Counted from the first letter of the stretch, positions 29,576-40,103 are shown. The stretch is DNA of 64,000 bases from Spirochaetota bacterium (GCA_963664815.2 CAXXHB010000003.1:3456001-3520000); one strand, 5' to 3'. Notes: generated from the letters alone by a model not told the origin. A program made the numbers and translations.

Positions 29576-30239
29576 TTTTCTCACCTTCAATATAAATAGT
29601 CTGAGCCGCCGCAATATCTGAAAACAGCTGATCATGGCTCGCCAGCATGACTCCTGAGCCGTTCTCAGTAAGCCCCAGAAGAGCCTTTTTTACAACATCT
29701 GCGGAATCAATATCAAGGCTGGCTGTAGGTTCATCGGCCAGAATAAAAGGGGGTTCAAGAAGAAGAACTCTTGCGATAGCAACACGCTGCCGCTGACCGA
29801 CGGATAGCTGATACGGGTATTTGCCGATGTGTCCTTTCAAACCCAATGATACCAGTATTTCGCGGGCTTTTCCTTCGTCATGTCCCTGAACCAGACCCGA
29901 TCCAAGTAACGACGGAAGCATTACATTTTCCAGAACGGTCAGCTGACTGAGAAGATTGAACGTCTGAAATACATAGCCGATATTGTTTAATCTGAACCGG
30001 TCGCGTTTAACCTCGGAAAGAATACTGATGCACTGTTCACCGGCATAAACCGTGCCACCTTCAGGAATGAGCAGTCCGGAGAGAATATTCATCAGAGTTG
30101 ACTTGCCGCTTCCGCTGGGTCCCTTCAGCATTGTTATACTTCCCGGAACAACCTCACAGGATATACCGTCCAGAACCTTTTTCATCTCACCATTACTGTC
30201 TTTAAATGATTTTTTTATATCTTTACATACAAGTTTCAT
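29568..30239 (-). CDS. ABC transporter ATP-binding protein (LolD/ZrgB-like)
   Basis: GPSGSGKS, LSVGQRQRVAIAR, LADEPTASLD, SHD. Confidence 0.92.
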   Translation of the reverse strand: MKLVCKDIKKSFKDSNGEMKKVLDGISCEVVPGSITMLKGPSGSGKSTLMNILSGLLIPEGGTVYAGEQCISILSEVKRDRFRLNNIGYVFQTFNLLSQLTVLENVMLPSLLGSGLVQGHDEGKAREILVSLGLKGHIGKYPYQLSVGQRQRVAIARVLLLEPPFILADEPTASLDIDSADVVKKALLGLTENGSGVMLASHDQLFSDIAAAQTIYIEGEKNA

Positions 30240-30399
30240 ATAAACTCCAAATACAAATAGATTTATTATTACTGGATTTACACCGGACATTAATTTCGAT
30301 AACTGCAGAATGCATGAATGTATAATAAAAAACTATAAGCATTAATTACTGCAATTAAAAATCCGGTGTATCTGTAAACAGGAGTAATACCGGTAAAAT

Positions 30400-30720
30400 T
30401 TAATTAGCGGGAGGTGAGTGACAGCAGAGCGTAAAATTAAGGATAGATGCAGGGAAGTTGTTAAAATACAAATATACACAATCATTAGTAAATTGTAATA
30501 CAGAAAAAAAGGCTTCTATTGAATCATAAATTATAGTAACGGAAGTATTCTGAAGCATACAGAGACTGCAGGTAGATGAATCAAAGCCGTCATGTCTGGA
30601 GTGATCATGATTATGCATATTCGCATTTATGAGGAGGATAGATATAAGGATACTGAGCAGAAAAGTAAATCCGGTTTTTGAACGAAAATATAATAATGAT
30701 AGTGAAACCGGTTTATTCAT
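30400..30720 (-). CDS. DUF2946-like small membrane protein / candidate arrest peptide
   Basis: TM helix, HNHDHSRHD, CSLC, C-terminal HSPP. Confidence 0.65.
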   Translation of the reverse strand: MNKPVSLSLLYFRSKTGFTFLLSILISILLINANMHNHDHSRHDGFDSSTCSLCMLQNTSVTIIYDSIEAFFSVLQFTNDCVYLYFNNFPASILNFTLCCHSPPAN

Positions 30721-31127
30721 TTTTTACCAGACTTTACCAGCTTAATAATACTTCTTTTAATCATCATTTCCTCAAAAGTCCAAACAAAAATCTTTTTTAT
30801 CAGATCATTTGTTAATCGGTTTTGTTACAAATATTTGTAAAATAGAGAGAGCAAAGAAACCGCACATTAAAACAGGATTTTATTTTCATAACAGTATTTA
30901 AAAATTACAATTTATAATTATCTTAAAAATAATATCTGAATAAAATACCGGAAAGAAAAGCGGTGAATAAATTTTAAAGAATCAGATCCATCGGCATATC
31001 ATGATATTAAAGAATATTAAAAATGCTTGATCTTTATTTTACAAAATGCATATAAAAATAAAATTCAGATTCAACGATTATATAACTCAAAGTCCATAGG
31101 GGAATTGAATTTAAAAGGAATAATATA

Positions 31128-31745
31128 ATGATAAACGAAGAAAGATACTGGAATAACGATGCATCAAATTATGATAAACGCGCTCAAAAATCACATGAAG
31201 CATACCTGAAAATTATCAGTCTTATTAAAAAAGATATAACAAATGAAATGAATATTTTAGATATTGGAACAGGAACAGGTGAAATACCGCTCAGCATCAG
31301 TAATGATGTAAAAAGTATCCATGCAATTGATTTTTCATCGGAAATGATTCAGATTGCTGAAAATAAAGCTGAAAAAAGAAGAATTGAAAACATTACATTT
31401 CTTGTCCAGGACGGTAATACCTTAAATTATGAAGATAATTCATTTGATGTAATCACTATTATAAATCTATTACATATTGTATCAAAACCCGGGAAAATTA
31501 TAAGTGAAGCAAAGAGATTAATTAAAAATGATGGTAAAATAATTATAGCGACATATCTGCACGATGAAAACATCAGAAGCAAAGTTATTTCATATTTCAT
31601 GAAAATGAAAGGTCATCCGGTAGTTACAATGTATAATAGTAAAACAATTTGTGAATATATAGAAGGATCTCTTTTAAAAATAATTTATAGTGAAAATATC
31701 CCGAATATAATGCCCATATTATACATTACAGCTGTAAAGAAATAA
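31128..31745 (+). CDS. Class I SAM-dependent methyltransferase
   Basis: ILDIGTGTG, IDFSSEMI, SFDVI...LLHIV. Confidence 0.9.
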   Translation: MINEERYWNNDASNYDKRAQKSHEAYLKIISLIKKDITNEMNILDIGTGTGEIPLSISNDVKSIHAIDFSSEMIQIAENKAEKRRIENITFLVQDGNTLNYEDNSFDVITIINLLHIVSKPGKIISEAKRLIKNDGKIIIATYLHDENIRSKVISYFMKMKGHPVVTMYNSKTICEYIEGSLLKIIYSENIPNIMPILYITAVKK

Positions 31746-31949
31746 GAATATAAGGAATCACCTGACACTGTGATGGACTTTATAAAATCAATATCAGATA
31801 AAGATTTAATGTCATCAATTGCTGTCTGAAAATTCAGACATTGATATTCTTCAGCAGACTTACTCTGATAAAAAAAATCCATGTATTGTTAAATCAATAA
31901 AAAATGCTCTCTGTCCGGAACATATATCCCTTTTTACTTTCATTTTAAA

Positions 31950-32549
31950 TCAAAGCCTGTAAGCTACATTAATCTGAAGTTCAAGCTCCTGGCTTTTAAT
32001 CAACGTTCCGAATTCCGGAAAGGGGGAGGCATCTTTTATTGTGGAAACTGCCGCTTCGTCGAGTATCTCATGCCCGGAGCTCTTTTTTATCTGTGAAGAT
32101 TTAAGCCTCCCTTTGCGGTCGATTACAAAAGATACGATAATCTCACCCTCCAGTCCTCTTTTTCTTGCATTGGGGGGATATTCTTTTTTCCTTTCAATCA
32201 GCTGTTTTACGGCTTCATTATATGTAAGGACGCTCATCCGGGCAGAGCCCTCAGATGAACCGCTCTGTTCAAGTGAACCATCATCAGACACTGTATCATA
32301 CACGGAACTCTCCCCCTTTTTCAGCATTTTATAATTACCAACGGTAAAATCATAAAATTCATCGGCGGAAACTTCGAATTCCTCCGTCAGCTCTGCCGGA
32401 TAACTGACTGCTGTGGCCGGATTTGTGAATATTACAGCTGAGACACCGGCGGCAATAATGTGAAAAACAAAAGACAGCATCAGATAAATTTTGAACCGGT
32501 CTTTTCTGTTATCTGATAAATACCGCACCGCCGGCTGCGTCAGGTTCAT
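31950..32549 (-). CDS. tonB: Energy transducer TonB
   Basis: N-terminal TM with S...H; YPPNARKRGLEG.V.F.I...G, SSG..ILD.AA. Confidence 0.88.
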   Translation of the reverse strand: MNLTQPAVRYLSDNRKDRFKIYLMLSFVFHIIAAGVSAVIFTNPATAVSYPAELTEEFEVSADEFYDFTVGNYKMLKKGESSVYDTVSDDGSLEQSGSSEGSARMSVLTYNEAVKQLIERKKEYPPNARKRGLEGEIIVSFVIDRKGRLKSSQIKKSSGHEILDEAAVSTIKDASPFPEFGTLIKSQELELQINVAYRL

Positions 32550-32579
32550 CGTTTTTATCGTCTCCTTTACTGCCCGGTT

Positions 32580-33506
32580 CTACAATGAGCTTTTAATAAT
32601 GTCGTGTATCCTGTCGGAACTGAGATCATCCATCGCATAGTATTTTCCTCCGAGAACCTCCGACAGCTCTGCAAGTCTGCCAAGCCTGATAAGGCCGCTT
32701 TCAGTATCTATTATAACCGAAAGAATCCCAAGTCCCCTGATTTCGGAGCACAACTCCTTCGCCTCATCAAATGGGTTCCCGTTTCCGATACTTACATTTC
32801 CCCTGCCGTCCGATATTATCACCATAACAGGCTTAATTTTACTGTTTTTCAGTTTCTCTTTTTTAATAACACCGATTCCTGCCGCAAGACCCGCTGAAAA
32901 GGGGGTTCTCCCCCCTGTCGGCAGTTGTTCAAGATTTTTCCCTGCTATCTCAATACTGCCGGTTGGCGGCAGCAGTACCAGCGCATCATTTCCTTTGAAT
33001 GCCACCATTGAGACCCTGTCACGTTTCTGATAGGCGTCATTCAGAATTGAGAGTATAGCCCCTTTTGCGCCGGACATTCGCTTTGATGCCCCCATTGAAC
33101 CTGACGAATCGACAACAAATACAATTAATGCGCCCGACTTTTTCTCCCTCACCTTCTCCCTGATATCGGAGTGATTGATCATCAGACTGTCACCATTTCG
33201 CCCTCTCGAAATCTGGTGAGGGGCTGCAGCTCTTATTGTTGCATCAACGGCTATATCCGTGACCTTGCCTGATGATATTCTGCTTGACCTGTATTTACCC
33301 CTTCTGTCGTCCGAGGCTGAATCGGTACTTTTACCTTTTGACGAAACAATCTTTCTCTCAAAAGGCTTCAATATTTTTTTTATGGTAACTGTATCATCAG
33401 CCGCAATTATCTCCTCTCGCGGAATGTTTTCTTCAGGTTTGTTTTCGCTGTTTACATCGCTTTCTGCACTGTTGTCCGGCTCGGGTTGATCATTTCGATT
33501 TTTTTT
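32580..33506 (-). CDS. chlD: Linker + VWA (MIDAS) half of ChlD/CobT-like chelatase subunit, -1 frame of a frameshifted chlD
   Basis: Frame is open from the A10 run to 32580; acidic/Pro linker, [31 protein letters not shown]. Confidence 0.88.
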   Translation of the reverse strand, partial: KKNRNDQPEPDNSAESDVNSENKPEENIPREEIIAADDTVTIKKILKPFERKIVSSKGKSTDSASDDRRGKYRSSRISSGKVTDIAVDATIRAAAPHQISRGRNGDSLMINHSDIREKVREKKSGALIVFVVDSSGSMGASKRMSGAKGAILSILNDAYQKRDRVSMVAFKGNDALVLLPPTGSIEIAGKNLEQLPTGGRTPFSAGLAAGIGVIKKEKLKNSKIKPVMVIISDGRGNVSIGNGNPFDEAKELCSEIRGLGILSVIIDTESGLIRLGRLAELSEVLGGKYYAMDDLSSDRIHDIIKSSL

Positions 33507-34537
33507 TTACTGTTTTCTATCGCATCTGAGAGTTTATTCCGGTCTATCCCCTGTTCTTCAAAGGGTTTTCTCCTCATCCGGTGATTCAGTACAAGTTCAG
33601 CCGCCTCCTGAACATCCTCCGGCGTTACTTCTGTTCTCCCATGGTACGCCGCTATTGTACATGACACTTTAAGGATGAATATATCCGCCCTGTGCCCGTC
33701 CACTGCCATGGTTATAGCCACATCAGCTATTATATCAAGTATACTGTCATTATACTTCACATCAGGTAGCAGCTTTTCAGCAGCTGTAATAGTTTCAGCA
33801 ATCTTCCTTTCCTCTTCATCCCACTTATGTTCAAATTCATGGTGATCCTTTTCATAAGCCATATATCTCTGCATTACCTGCACTCTCTGCGCGGGGTCTG
33901 AAATCCCTTCAACTTCAATGCACATGCCGAACCTGTCTAAAAGCTGCGGGCGCAGTTCACCCTCTTCAGGATTCATTGTTCCCACAAGTATAAATCTTGC
34001 GGGATGGTGAAAGGATACCCCCTCCCTCTCTATGTAGTTTACACCCATTGCGGCGGCGTCAAGCATCACATCTACTATATGGTCATCGAGAAGGTTTATC
34101 TCATCAACGTAAAGTATCCCCCTGTTTACATCCGCCAGTATCCCGGGGTCAAAATGCTTTTCCCCCTTTTTAATGGCTTTTTCCATATCTATTGAACCGA
34201 TTACCCTGTCTTCAGTAGCTCCAAGGGGAAGCTCGACAACCCGTACCTTCCTTTCTACAGCGGGAAGTTTCTCCCCCGCTTCATACCTTGCGAAGCATGA
34301 ATGGCACATTTCATTTACTTTTTCTGCACTGCAGTTAAAGGGGCAGTCCTTTACAACATCAATAACCGGGAGGAGATTGGCAAGGGCTCTTGCCGCTGTC
34401 GATTTTGCGGTTCCTTTCTCCCCCCGGATCAGGACCCCCCCCAGGTTCGGATTAACGGCGTTAAGTATAAGAGCCTTCTTCATCTTTTCCTGGCCCACAA
34501 TTGCGGTAAAAGGAAAAACTGATTTTCTGCATGTCAT
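33452..34537 (-). CDS. chlI: ChlI/BchI-like AAA+ chelatase subunit (0-frame product of frameshifted chlD)
   Basis: [43 protein letters not shown]. Confidence 0.92.
   Translation of the reverse strand: MTCRKSVFPFTAIVGQEKMKKALILNAVNPNLGGVLIRGEKGTAKSTAARALANLLPVIDVVKDCPFNCSAEKVNEMCHSCFARYEAGEKLPAVERKVRVVELPLGATEDRVIGSIDMEKAIKKGEKHFDPGILADVNRGILYVDEINLLDDHIVDVMLDAAAMGVNYIEREGVSFHHPARFILVGTMNPEEGELRPQLLDRFGMCIEVEGISDPAQRVQVMQRYMAYEKDHHEFEHKWDEEERKIAETITAAEKLLPDVKYNDSILDIIADVAITMAVDGHRADIFILKVSCTIAAYHGRTEVTPEDVQEAAELVLNHRMRRKPFEEQGIDRNKLSDAIENSKKKIEMINPSRTTVQKAM
33499..33508 (-). other. A10 slippery site for -1 frameshift joining ChlI and VWA frames
   Basis: AGT AAA AAA AAA ATC; the -1 frame has TAA at 33509-33507, so the shift must occur within the A run. 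Confidence 0.8.
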
Positions 34538-34563
34538 ATATTTTATCTCCTTGTTAAAAATGC

Positions 34564-34705
34564 CCTCACCCGCGCATTGCTGACGCCATGCTCCCGGTCG
34601 AACGCTTATTCGGCCTCCTGCCTGCGTTCGGCACTAAAACATCCTGTTTGTCGTCTCCCGTTTTACGGCGGGCGAGGGTTTCTGAATCAGAAAATTTCGG
34701 TGAGG
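34564..34705. repeat. GC-rich structured intergenic REP/MITE-like element
   Basis: Terminal CCTCACC/GGTGAGG; internal hairpins CGAACGC/GCGTTCG, AAACA-TCC-TGTTT, TTTCTGA-A-TCAGAAA. Confidence 0.55.
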
Positions 34706-34715
34706 AGTGTATTAT

Positions 34716-37700
34716 CTATTTTCTTACCTTCTCCATCATCTTACCCCATGAAGCCACATCATCCGGTGTCATAATATCAACGCTGCCCCCCTGAAAGTCT
34801 CCCTCAACGTCACCTATATTGTCCTCAATCCATCCCTCTATTGACAGATACTGCTGTTTGAGATTATTCAGCACCTCAGGATCGGCATTCCACAGGCCTC
34901 TTTCATTTGCCTCAAGAAGTCTTCTCCCCATCTCTTCAAGAGCCCAGGGATTGTTTTCTTCAAAAAACTTCCTGTTTTCATCATTCATTACAAATGTACG
35001 CGTTATATCATCAAAGACCGAATCATCCACCTCGCGGGTTGTAGCCTGCCATCCGTAAATTCTGCCCACCCTTTTGCTTATCTCCCCTGCGCCCTTGTAG
35101 CCGTGCTCCTTCATACCCTCTATCCATGCAGGATTAAGTATCTTTCCCCGTGCCACGCGCCGTATTTCATCAGAAAGGGTTCTGACGCTCACCCTCCCCG
35201 GTTCCCTTGTATCTCCGTAATAGTTCTGTATATCGTTTCCCGACACCACCTTCGACGCATTAATCAGGCCTCCATGAGCGCCGAAATAACAGCAGCATCC
35301 CGTGAGGTCATATTCATCTGTCATAGTCTTGTTGAATGTTGCGTCCACCGTTTTAAGGCTGCTTTTCAGAGTGTCATGCGCCTCAATGCCGAAGCTTCCT
35401 TTACCGTAAGCATACCCGTTCCAGTATATGAATACATCCGAAAGGTCGCTTTCTGTTTTCCATGCTGAAGCGTATACCGCAAGCTGTGTTCCCGCCTGGT
35501 AAGTGCCGGGCATACTCGCGAAGATTCTGTATGTACCGTTCCGGAACTTCTCTTCTTCCGTGAGGGATTTATCTGCCGCACTTACAGATTCAAGGCAGTG
35601 TTTTCTCACAAAATTCAGTTCAACAGATTCATCAAGTGCTGCTATACGCTGTACAGCCTCATCAAGAAGGTTAATCGCCGAGGGGAAGTTATCTCTTGTT
35701 ATTCCGGAAACCCGTACGGTGAGGTCAATGCGGGGCCTGTCAAGCTCAGCGAGAGGTATAACCTCAAAGCCCGTGACTCTGCCGTTTTTCCCCCACACGG
35801 GCCGGGCCCCCATAAGGTAAAGCATCTGAGCCATCCCCTCTCCGTCAGCCCACATGATGTCATTGCACTGCCAGTAGAAGGCTATATTCTCCGGATATCT
35901 CCCTTCATCGGCAAGATACCTGTCCACTGTTTTATCCGCAAGCATCCGTCCGACCTCCCACGCGGCCTGCGTCGGTATGCGGTGCGGATCAAGGGCGTAA
36001 AAATTTCTTCCGGTAGGGAGTATATCAGGCCTTCCGCGTGTAATGAGTCCTGACGGTCCCGGTTCTATGTATCTGCCGTTGAAACCGTTAAGAAGAGAGC
36101 CGATCTCATCCGATGCCTCAATATCGCATTTTATTTTATTAATACTTTCCTGAACAGTCTGTGCATCAACCCTGTCTTTTTTTTCCATTTTAAAGTGCAG
36201 TGACAGTGTATGGGCAAGATCAATCCCATGCAGGATATACATCCTGCATAGCTGGAGCATTATTTCATCGCACTTTTCAAAAAGCAATTCCTCACTGTAA
36301 TCGCCATTTATCTTCAGCAGCCGCAGTGTTATTCCGCGCAGACTATCCGGATCATCGCTGAATCTCACAATAGAATATATAAAATCCGCAAGTTTCTCCC
36401 CTTCAGGGATATTCCCGAAAATATGCATACCTTTAGGTATGGATGTATTTTTCAGAAGTGACAGTTTTTCGTGTATTTCATCGGTTTTTTTATCAATTCC
36501 TCCATGGGGAATATTTTCACCGTCAAGGAGATTCAGGCTGTTTACATTCTTCTCAATCATGTGCGCGATTGTATGAGCCTTACCCGGTTCTGTGTCTTTA
36601 TAACGGCTGTACTCTTCAAGGAGCCTTTCAAGCTGTTCAAGGTCTCCATAAAGCTCTCCATGCATCATTACAGTCTGCATATGGTCAACAAGCACGGCAT
36701 TGCTTCTCCTTTTCGCGATTATCCCTTCCGGGGGATTGTCCGCATTGTAGATATAAAGATGCGGAACCGTGTCTATGCATATATCAGGCATACATCCCGA
36801 TGAAAGGCCGGTGCCTTTACCGGGGAGAAATTCAAGATTGCCGTGAGTTCCCACATGCACAATTACGTCTGCACCGTAAACCCCTGAAAGCCACTTATAT
36901 GTGGCGATATACTGGTGCGGAGGGGGGACATCAGGATCATGGAGTATTTTGCACACCTGCCCGTCACAGCGCGCCCCCGCGCATCCGCGCTTCGGCTGTA
37001 CGCATACAACGGCGTTTCCATAGTCCACCCCTGTGACAAGTATTCTGTCCTGATACAGCATCGCGGCAGGTATACCATCCTTCTCCTCACCCGGCGGATT
37101 GCCCCATGCATCGATGAGTCTCTCCTGAGTTAATACCGGAATTTCATTAAACCACTCCATGTATTCTTCCTTCTCAACCTGAGCAAGAACCCCCCCTTTC
37201 TTTACTATCTCATCAGAAGTAGTCCACCTGAACTCCGATATTGCCTTGCGCTCCATAATTGTTTCGATAAGCTCTTTACCATCTGCCGGAGGCGTCAGGG
37301 AGTACCCCGCCTCTTTCATGCTATGCATTACCCTGGCTATACTTTCGAGAGTGTCAAGATGAGCGCCCCCTCCTACAGTGGCTTCAACTGATGCACACGG
37401 ATTATTGTTAAGGATAAATGCCACTTTTTTTTCACTGTTGGACTTTTTGCCGAGGGATATCCATCGTCCGATTCTTGCTGTCAGTTTCTCAATTCTGTCA
37501 GTAACAGCCTCGAAGGCCTCCTCATCGGGATTCCCCGCGCTTTTTGTCGCCCCGACTATAAGAGGCTCAATAACCCCTTCAAACTCAGGCATTGCAATGC
37601 TCCATGAAATCTGCGAACCAAGGCCCTGGGGATCATTAAGCCACTCCTCACGGCTTTTGTAATAGGAAATAACCGGATTAAAAAGAGGAATCCCCAGCCT

Positions 37701-38519
37701 CTTCATGAGTGATGCTCCGGTGACTGACTGTGAGGCTTCGATTCCCCCCCTGCCGCTCTCAAGAAAGAAGGAATTCAGTTTAACAATTCCGTCAACCGCA
37801 GCTACTCCCATTTTTGTCATGAAAAACTCAATTGCTTCGGCGCCGCTCATGTTTCCGAGATTTTTATCCTTAAGGGAATAGTAAAAAACAGGAATAACTC
37901 CAATTCCCCGTTTTTCAAACGACTCCACAAGCGCCCGCTCAACCTCAAGTTTTCCTGCCACCCAGTTTGTCCGTGAATACATAATTCCCACATAAAATGC
38001 AGGAACGAAATCAAGATATCTTTTATATGCATCAAGATAATTATCCGTATTATCAAAAGTCATTTCCATGGATGGATGGTATATCCCTTCCCATGAGACC
38101 TCTTCCGGAGGGCTGAAATCAACAGTACTGCCGAACATAACGCTCTGCAGATAATTCAGCATATTTATAAAATTCTCCCTGCCATTGAAGAGGATGTACC
38201 TGTACACATCGGCAACAATCTCCGGCCTTACAGTGGATAATGCCCAGAAGGAGGGATCACTCCCCACAACTATTACAGGAATTCTCCCTTTGAGATCTTT
38301 CAGTTCAATGTCAATATCATCCCAGAATGAATCATTAGCCCTGTAGAGCAGTATGATATCAGCGGACTGCAGTGCCGAACTCACTTTATTTATCGACTCC
38401 GGATATGTATTTAACTGTTTGTTTGAAAAAGCGTTGAGTTCAATTCCCAGTGAACATGCCGCGTCCTTCAGTACCGGGATATAGCTCGACCACATTACAG
38501 CAACGATTTTCATCTTCAT
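34716..38519 (-). CDS. cobN: Cobaltochelatase CobN / Mg-chelatase H family large subunit
   Basis: PEFEG, QPKRG, HVGTHGNLEFLPGK, AKRR, LPTGRNFY, RPRID, LNPAWIEGM..HGYKGA. Confidence 0.93.
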   Translation of the reverse strand: MKMKIVAVMWSSYIPVLKDAACSLGIELNAFSNKQLNTYPESINKVSSALQSADIILLYRANDSFWDDIDIELKDLKGRIPVIVVGSDPSFWALSTVRPEIVADVYRYILFNGRENFINMLNYLQSVMFGSTVDFSPPEEVSWEGIYHPSMEMTFDNTDNYLDAYKRYLDFVPAFYVGIMYSRTNWVAGKLEVERALVESFEKRGIGVIPVFYYSLKDKNLGNMSGAEAIEFFMTKMGVAAVDGIVKLNSFFLESGRGGIEASQSVTGASLMKRLGIPLFNPVISYYKSREEWLNDPQGLGSQISWSIAMPEFEGVIEPLIVGATKSAGNPDEEAFEAVTDRIEKLTARIGRWISLGKKSNSEKKVAFILNNNPCASVEATVGGGAHLDTLESIARVMHSMKEAGYSLTPPADGKELIETIMERKAISEFRWTTSDEIVKKGGVLAQVEKEEYMEWFNEIPVLTQERLIDAWGNPPGEEKDGIPAAMLYQDRILVTGVDYGNAVVCVQPKRGCAGARCDGQVCKILHDPDVPPPHQYIATYKWLSGVYGADVIVHVGTHGNLEFLPGKGTGLSSGCMPDICIDTVPHLYIYNADNPPEGIIAKRRSNAVLVDHMQTVMMHGELYGDLEQLERLLEEYSRYKDTEPGKAHTIAHMIEKNVNSLNLLDGENIPHGGIDKKTDEIHEKLSLLKNTSIPKGMHIFGNIPEGEKLADFIYSIVRFSDDPDSLRGITLRLLKINGDYSEELLFEKCDEIMLQLCRMYILHGIDLAHTLSLHFKMEKKDRVDAQTVQESINKIKCDIEASDEIGSLLNGFNGRYIEPGPSGLITRGRPDILPTGRNFYALDPHRIPTQAAWEVGRMLADKTVDRYLADEGRYPENIAFYWQCNDIMWADGEGMAQMLYLMGARPVWGKNGRVTGFEVIPLAELDRPRIDLTVRVSGITRDNFPSAINLLDEAVQRIAALDESVELNFVRKHCLESVSAADKSLTEEEKFRNGTYRIFASMPGTYQAGTQLAVYASAWKTESDLSDVFIYWNGYAYGKGSFGIEAHDTLKSSLKTVDATFNKTMTDEYDLTGCCCYFGAHGGLINASKVVSGNDIQNYYGDTREPGRVSVRTLSDEIRRVARGKILNPAWIEGMKEHGYKGAGEISKRVGRIYGWQATTREVDDSVFDDITRTFVMNDENRKFFEENNPWALEEMGRRLLEANERGLWNADPEVLNNLKQQYLSIEGWIEDNIGDVEGDFQGGSVDIMTPDDVASWGKMMEKVRK

Positions 38520-38526
38520 TCTCCTG

Positions 38527-39273
38527 TTATTCACTGTAGTCTTTAATAAGTTTTGAGCCGCAGACCAGAAAAACAGCCGTGTATATAATAATAACCGATG
38601 TGGAGATCAATGCATCTGAATCAAAATTCTGTTTTCTGATGAGAATATTTGTATGAGTCAGGGGGAGCAGATAAATAAAATATTTCAGGAACCTGGACAT
38701 ATTCTCAACAGGGAAAAATGTACCGCTGAAAAAAGCCATGGGCATTATAAAAAAATTCGTATATGTTGAAGTGTCCTCGTGTGTTTTTGTTATCATTCCT
38801 ATGACTACGCCTATGGCAGCGAAAAGAAACGAGTTTAAAATAAGGGCGATAGTAAATGTCAGTGTTATATGAAAATCCGCGGCGAAGATAATACCCACTA
38901 TAATTATAAAAAGTGAAGCAAAAAGTCCCCTGACCATTCCTGCCATTATCTCCCCTGCAAGTATGGAGTATGATGTAATCGGCGCCTGTATAAATATCTG
39001 AAAGTTTTTAAAATAAAGCCTGTTAAGGTTCAGTGAACTTGCAACCCAGTTGTAGGAATTGTTCATTGAACTCATTGCCGCAAGCCCGGGAACAAGGAAA
39101 CTCAGATAATCAGTACCCTTTATACTGACACTCCCTCTCAATCCGAAGCCGAAAGCAATAAGGTAGACAACCGGCATCATCATTGCTGAAAAGACATATC
39201 CCATTTTCATTATCTTTTTTCTGAAAATAAGCATCTGCCTTAAAAAAACAGGGTACCATCCGTAAATCATCAT
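38527..39273 (-). CDS. ABC-2 type transporter permease
   Basis: YLSFLVPGL, PMAFFSGTFFP, LPLTH. Confidence 0.9.
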   Translation of the reverse strand: MMIYGWYPVFLRQMLIFRKKIMKMGYVFSAMMMPVVYLIAFGFGLRGSVSIKGTDYLSFLVPGLAAMSSMNNSYNWVASSLNLNRLYFKNFQIFIQAPITSYSILAGEIMAGMVRGLFASLFIIIVGIIFAADFHITLTFTIALILNSFLFAAIGVVIGMITKTHEDTSTYTNFFIMPMAFFSGTFFPVENMSRFLKYFIYLLPLTHTNILIRKQNFDSDALISTSVIIIYTAVFLVCGSKLIKDYSE

Positions 39274-40103
39274 TCTATTCTCTCCCCCGTAAGTTTTATA
39301 AATACATCCTCAAGATTGGACTTCCTTATTGATACTCCGTTGTTTCTTTTACGGGCTGTTTTGTATGCATCCTCCCTTGTTGACTTTATCTCGGTCACAA
39401 GCTTCCCCTGATCGCCTGTGTATTCAACAACATACTCCCCGACAGATGAACGAAGACCGGCAGGTGAATCCAGAGCTATACGGCTCCCTTTTGAAAGTAT
39501 TGCAACAGTATCACAAAGAGCTTCTGCCTCTTCAATATAGTGGGTTGTGAGTATAACTGTACGCCCTTCATACCTGGTCTTTCTGATTATATCCCACACC
39601 TCCCTTCTTATCTGAGGATCAAGACCGATGGAGGGTTCATCAAGAAAAAGAATTGATGGTTCAGGAAGGAGAGCCCTTGCAATAAGAAGCCTTCTCTGCA
39701 TACCCCCTGAAAAGCCTGTGATTACATGATCCTTCCTGTCATAGAGGTCGACCATCCTGAGAGATCTTGCAACTTTACTTTTCAGATCCCTTACTTTATG
39801 AAGCATGCCGTAAATATACAGATTCTGATAAGCCGTAAGATCACGGTCAAGATTGTTTACCTGGGGGACTATTCCGACAAGTGGCTTGACGCTTTCCGGA
39901 TTTTCAGCAACGTCAAAACCATTTATTATACATCTCCCCGAATCAGGTTTGGTAAGAGCGGTGAACATTTTTATGGTAGTGGTCTTCCCGGCGCCATTGG
40001 GACCAAGCAGCCCGAAAATCCCGCCATCACTTATTTTAAAAGAGAGATTTTTCACAGCCTCGACCCTGCCGTAAGATTTTGAAACATCAGCGGCTTCTAA
40101 CAT
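39270..40103 (-). CDS. ABC transporter ATP-binding protein (DrrA/NodI-like exporter type)
   Basis: GPNGAGKT, FSGGMQRR, LDEPSIGLDP, TTHYIEEAE. Confidence 0.92.
   Translation of the reverse strand: MLEAADVSKSYGRVEAVKNLSFKISDGGIFGLLGPNGAGKTTTIKMFTALTKPDSGRCIINGFDVAENPESVKPLVGIVPQVNNLDRDLTAYQNLYIYGMLHKVRDLKSKVARSLRMVDLYDRKDHVITGFSGGMQRRLLIARALLPEPSILFLDEPSIGLDPQIRREVWDIIRKTRYEGRTVILTTHYIEEAEALCDTVAILSKGSRIALDSPAGLRSSVGEYVVEYTGDQGKLVTEIKSTREDAYKTARKRNNGVSIRKSNLEDVFIKLTGERIE

Noticed and set aside
36443-37133. Long plus-strand ORFs antisense to cobN, and similar shadow ORFs across the window
   Set aside because: They lie wholly opposite well-supported genes and show no RBS or protein motifs.
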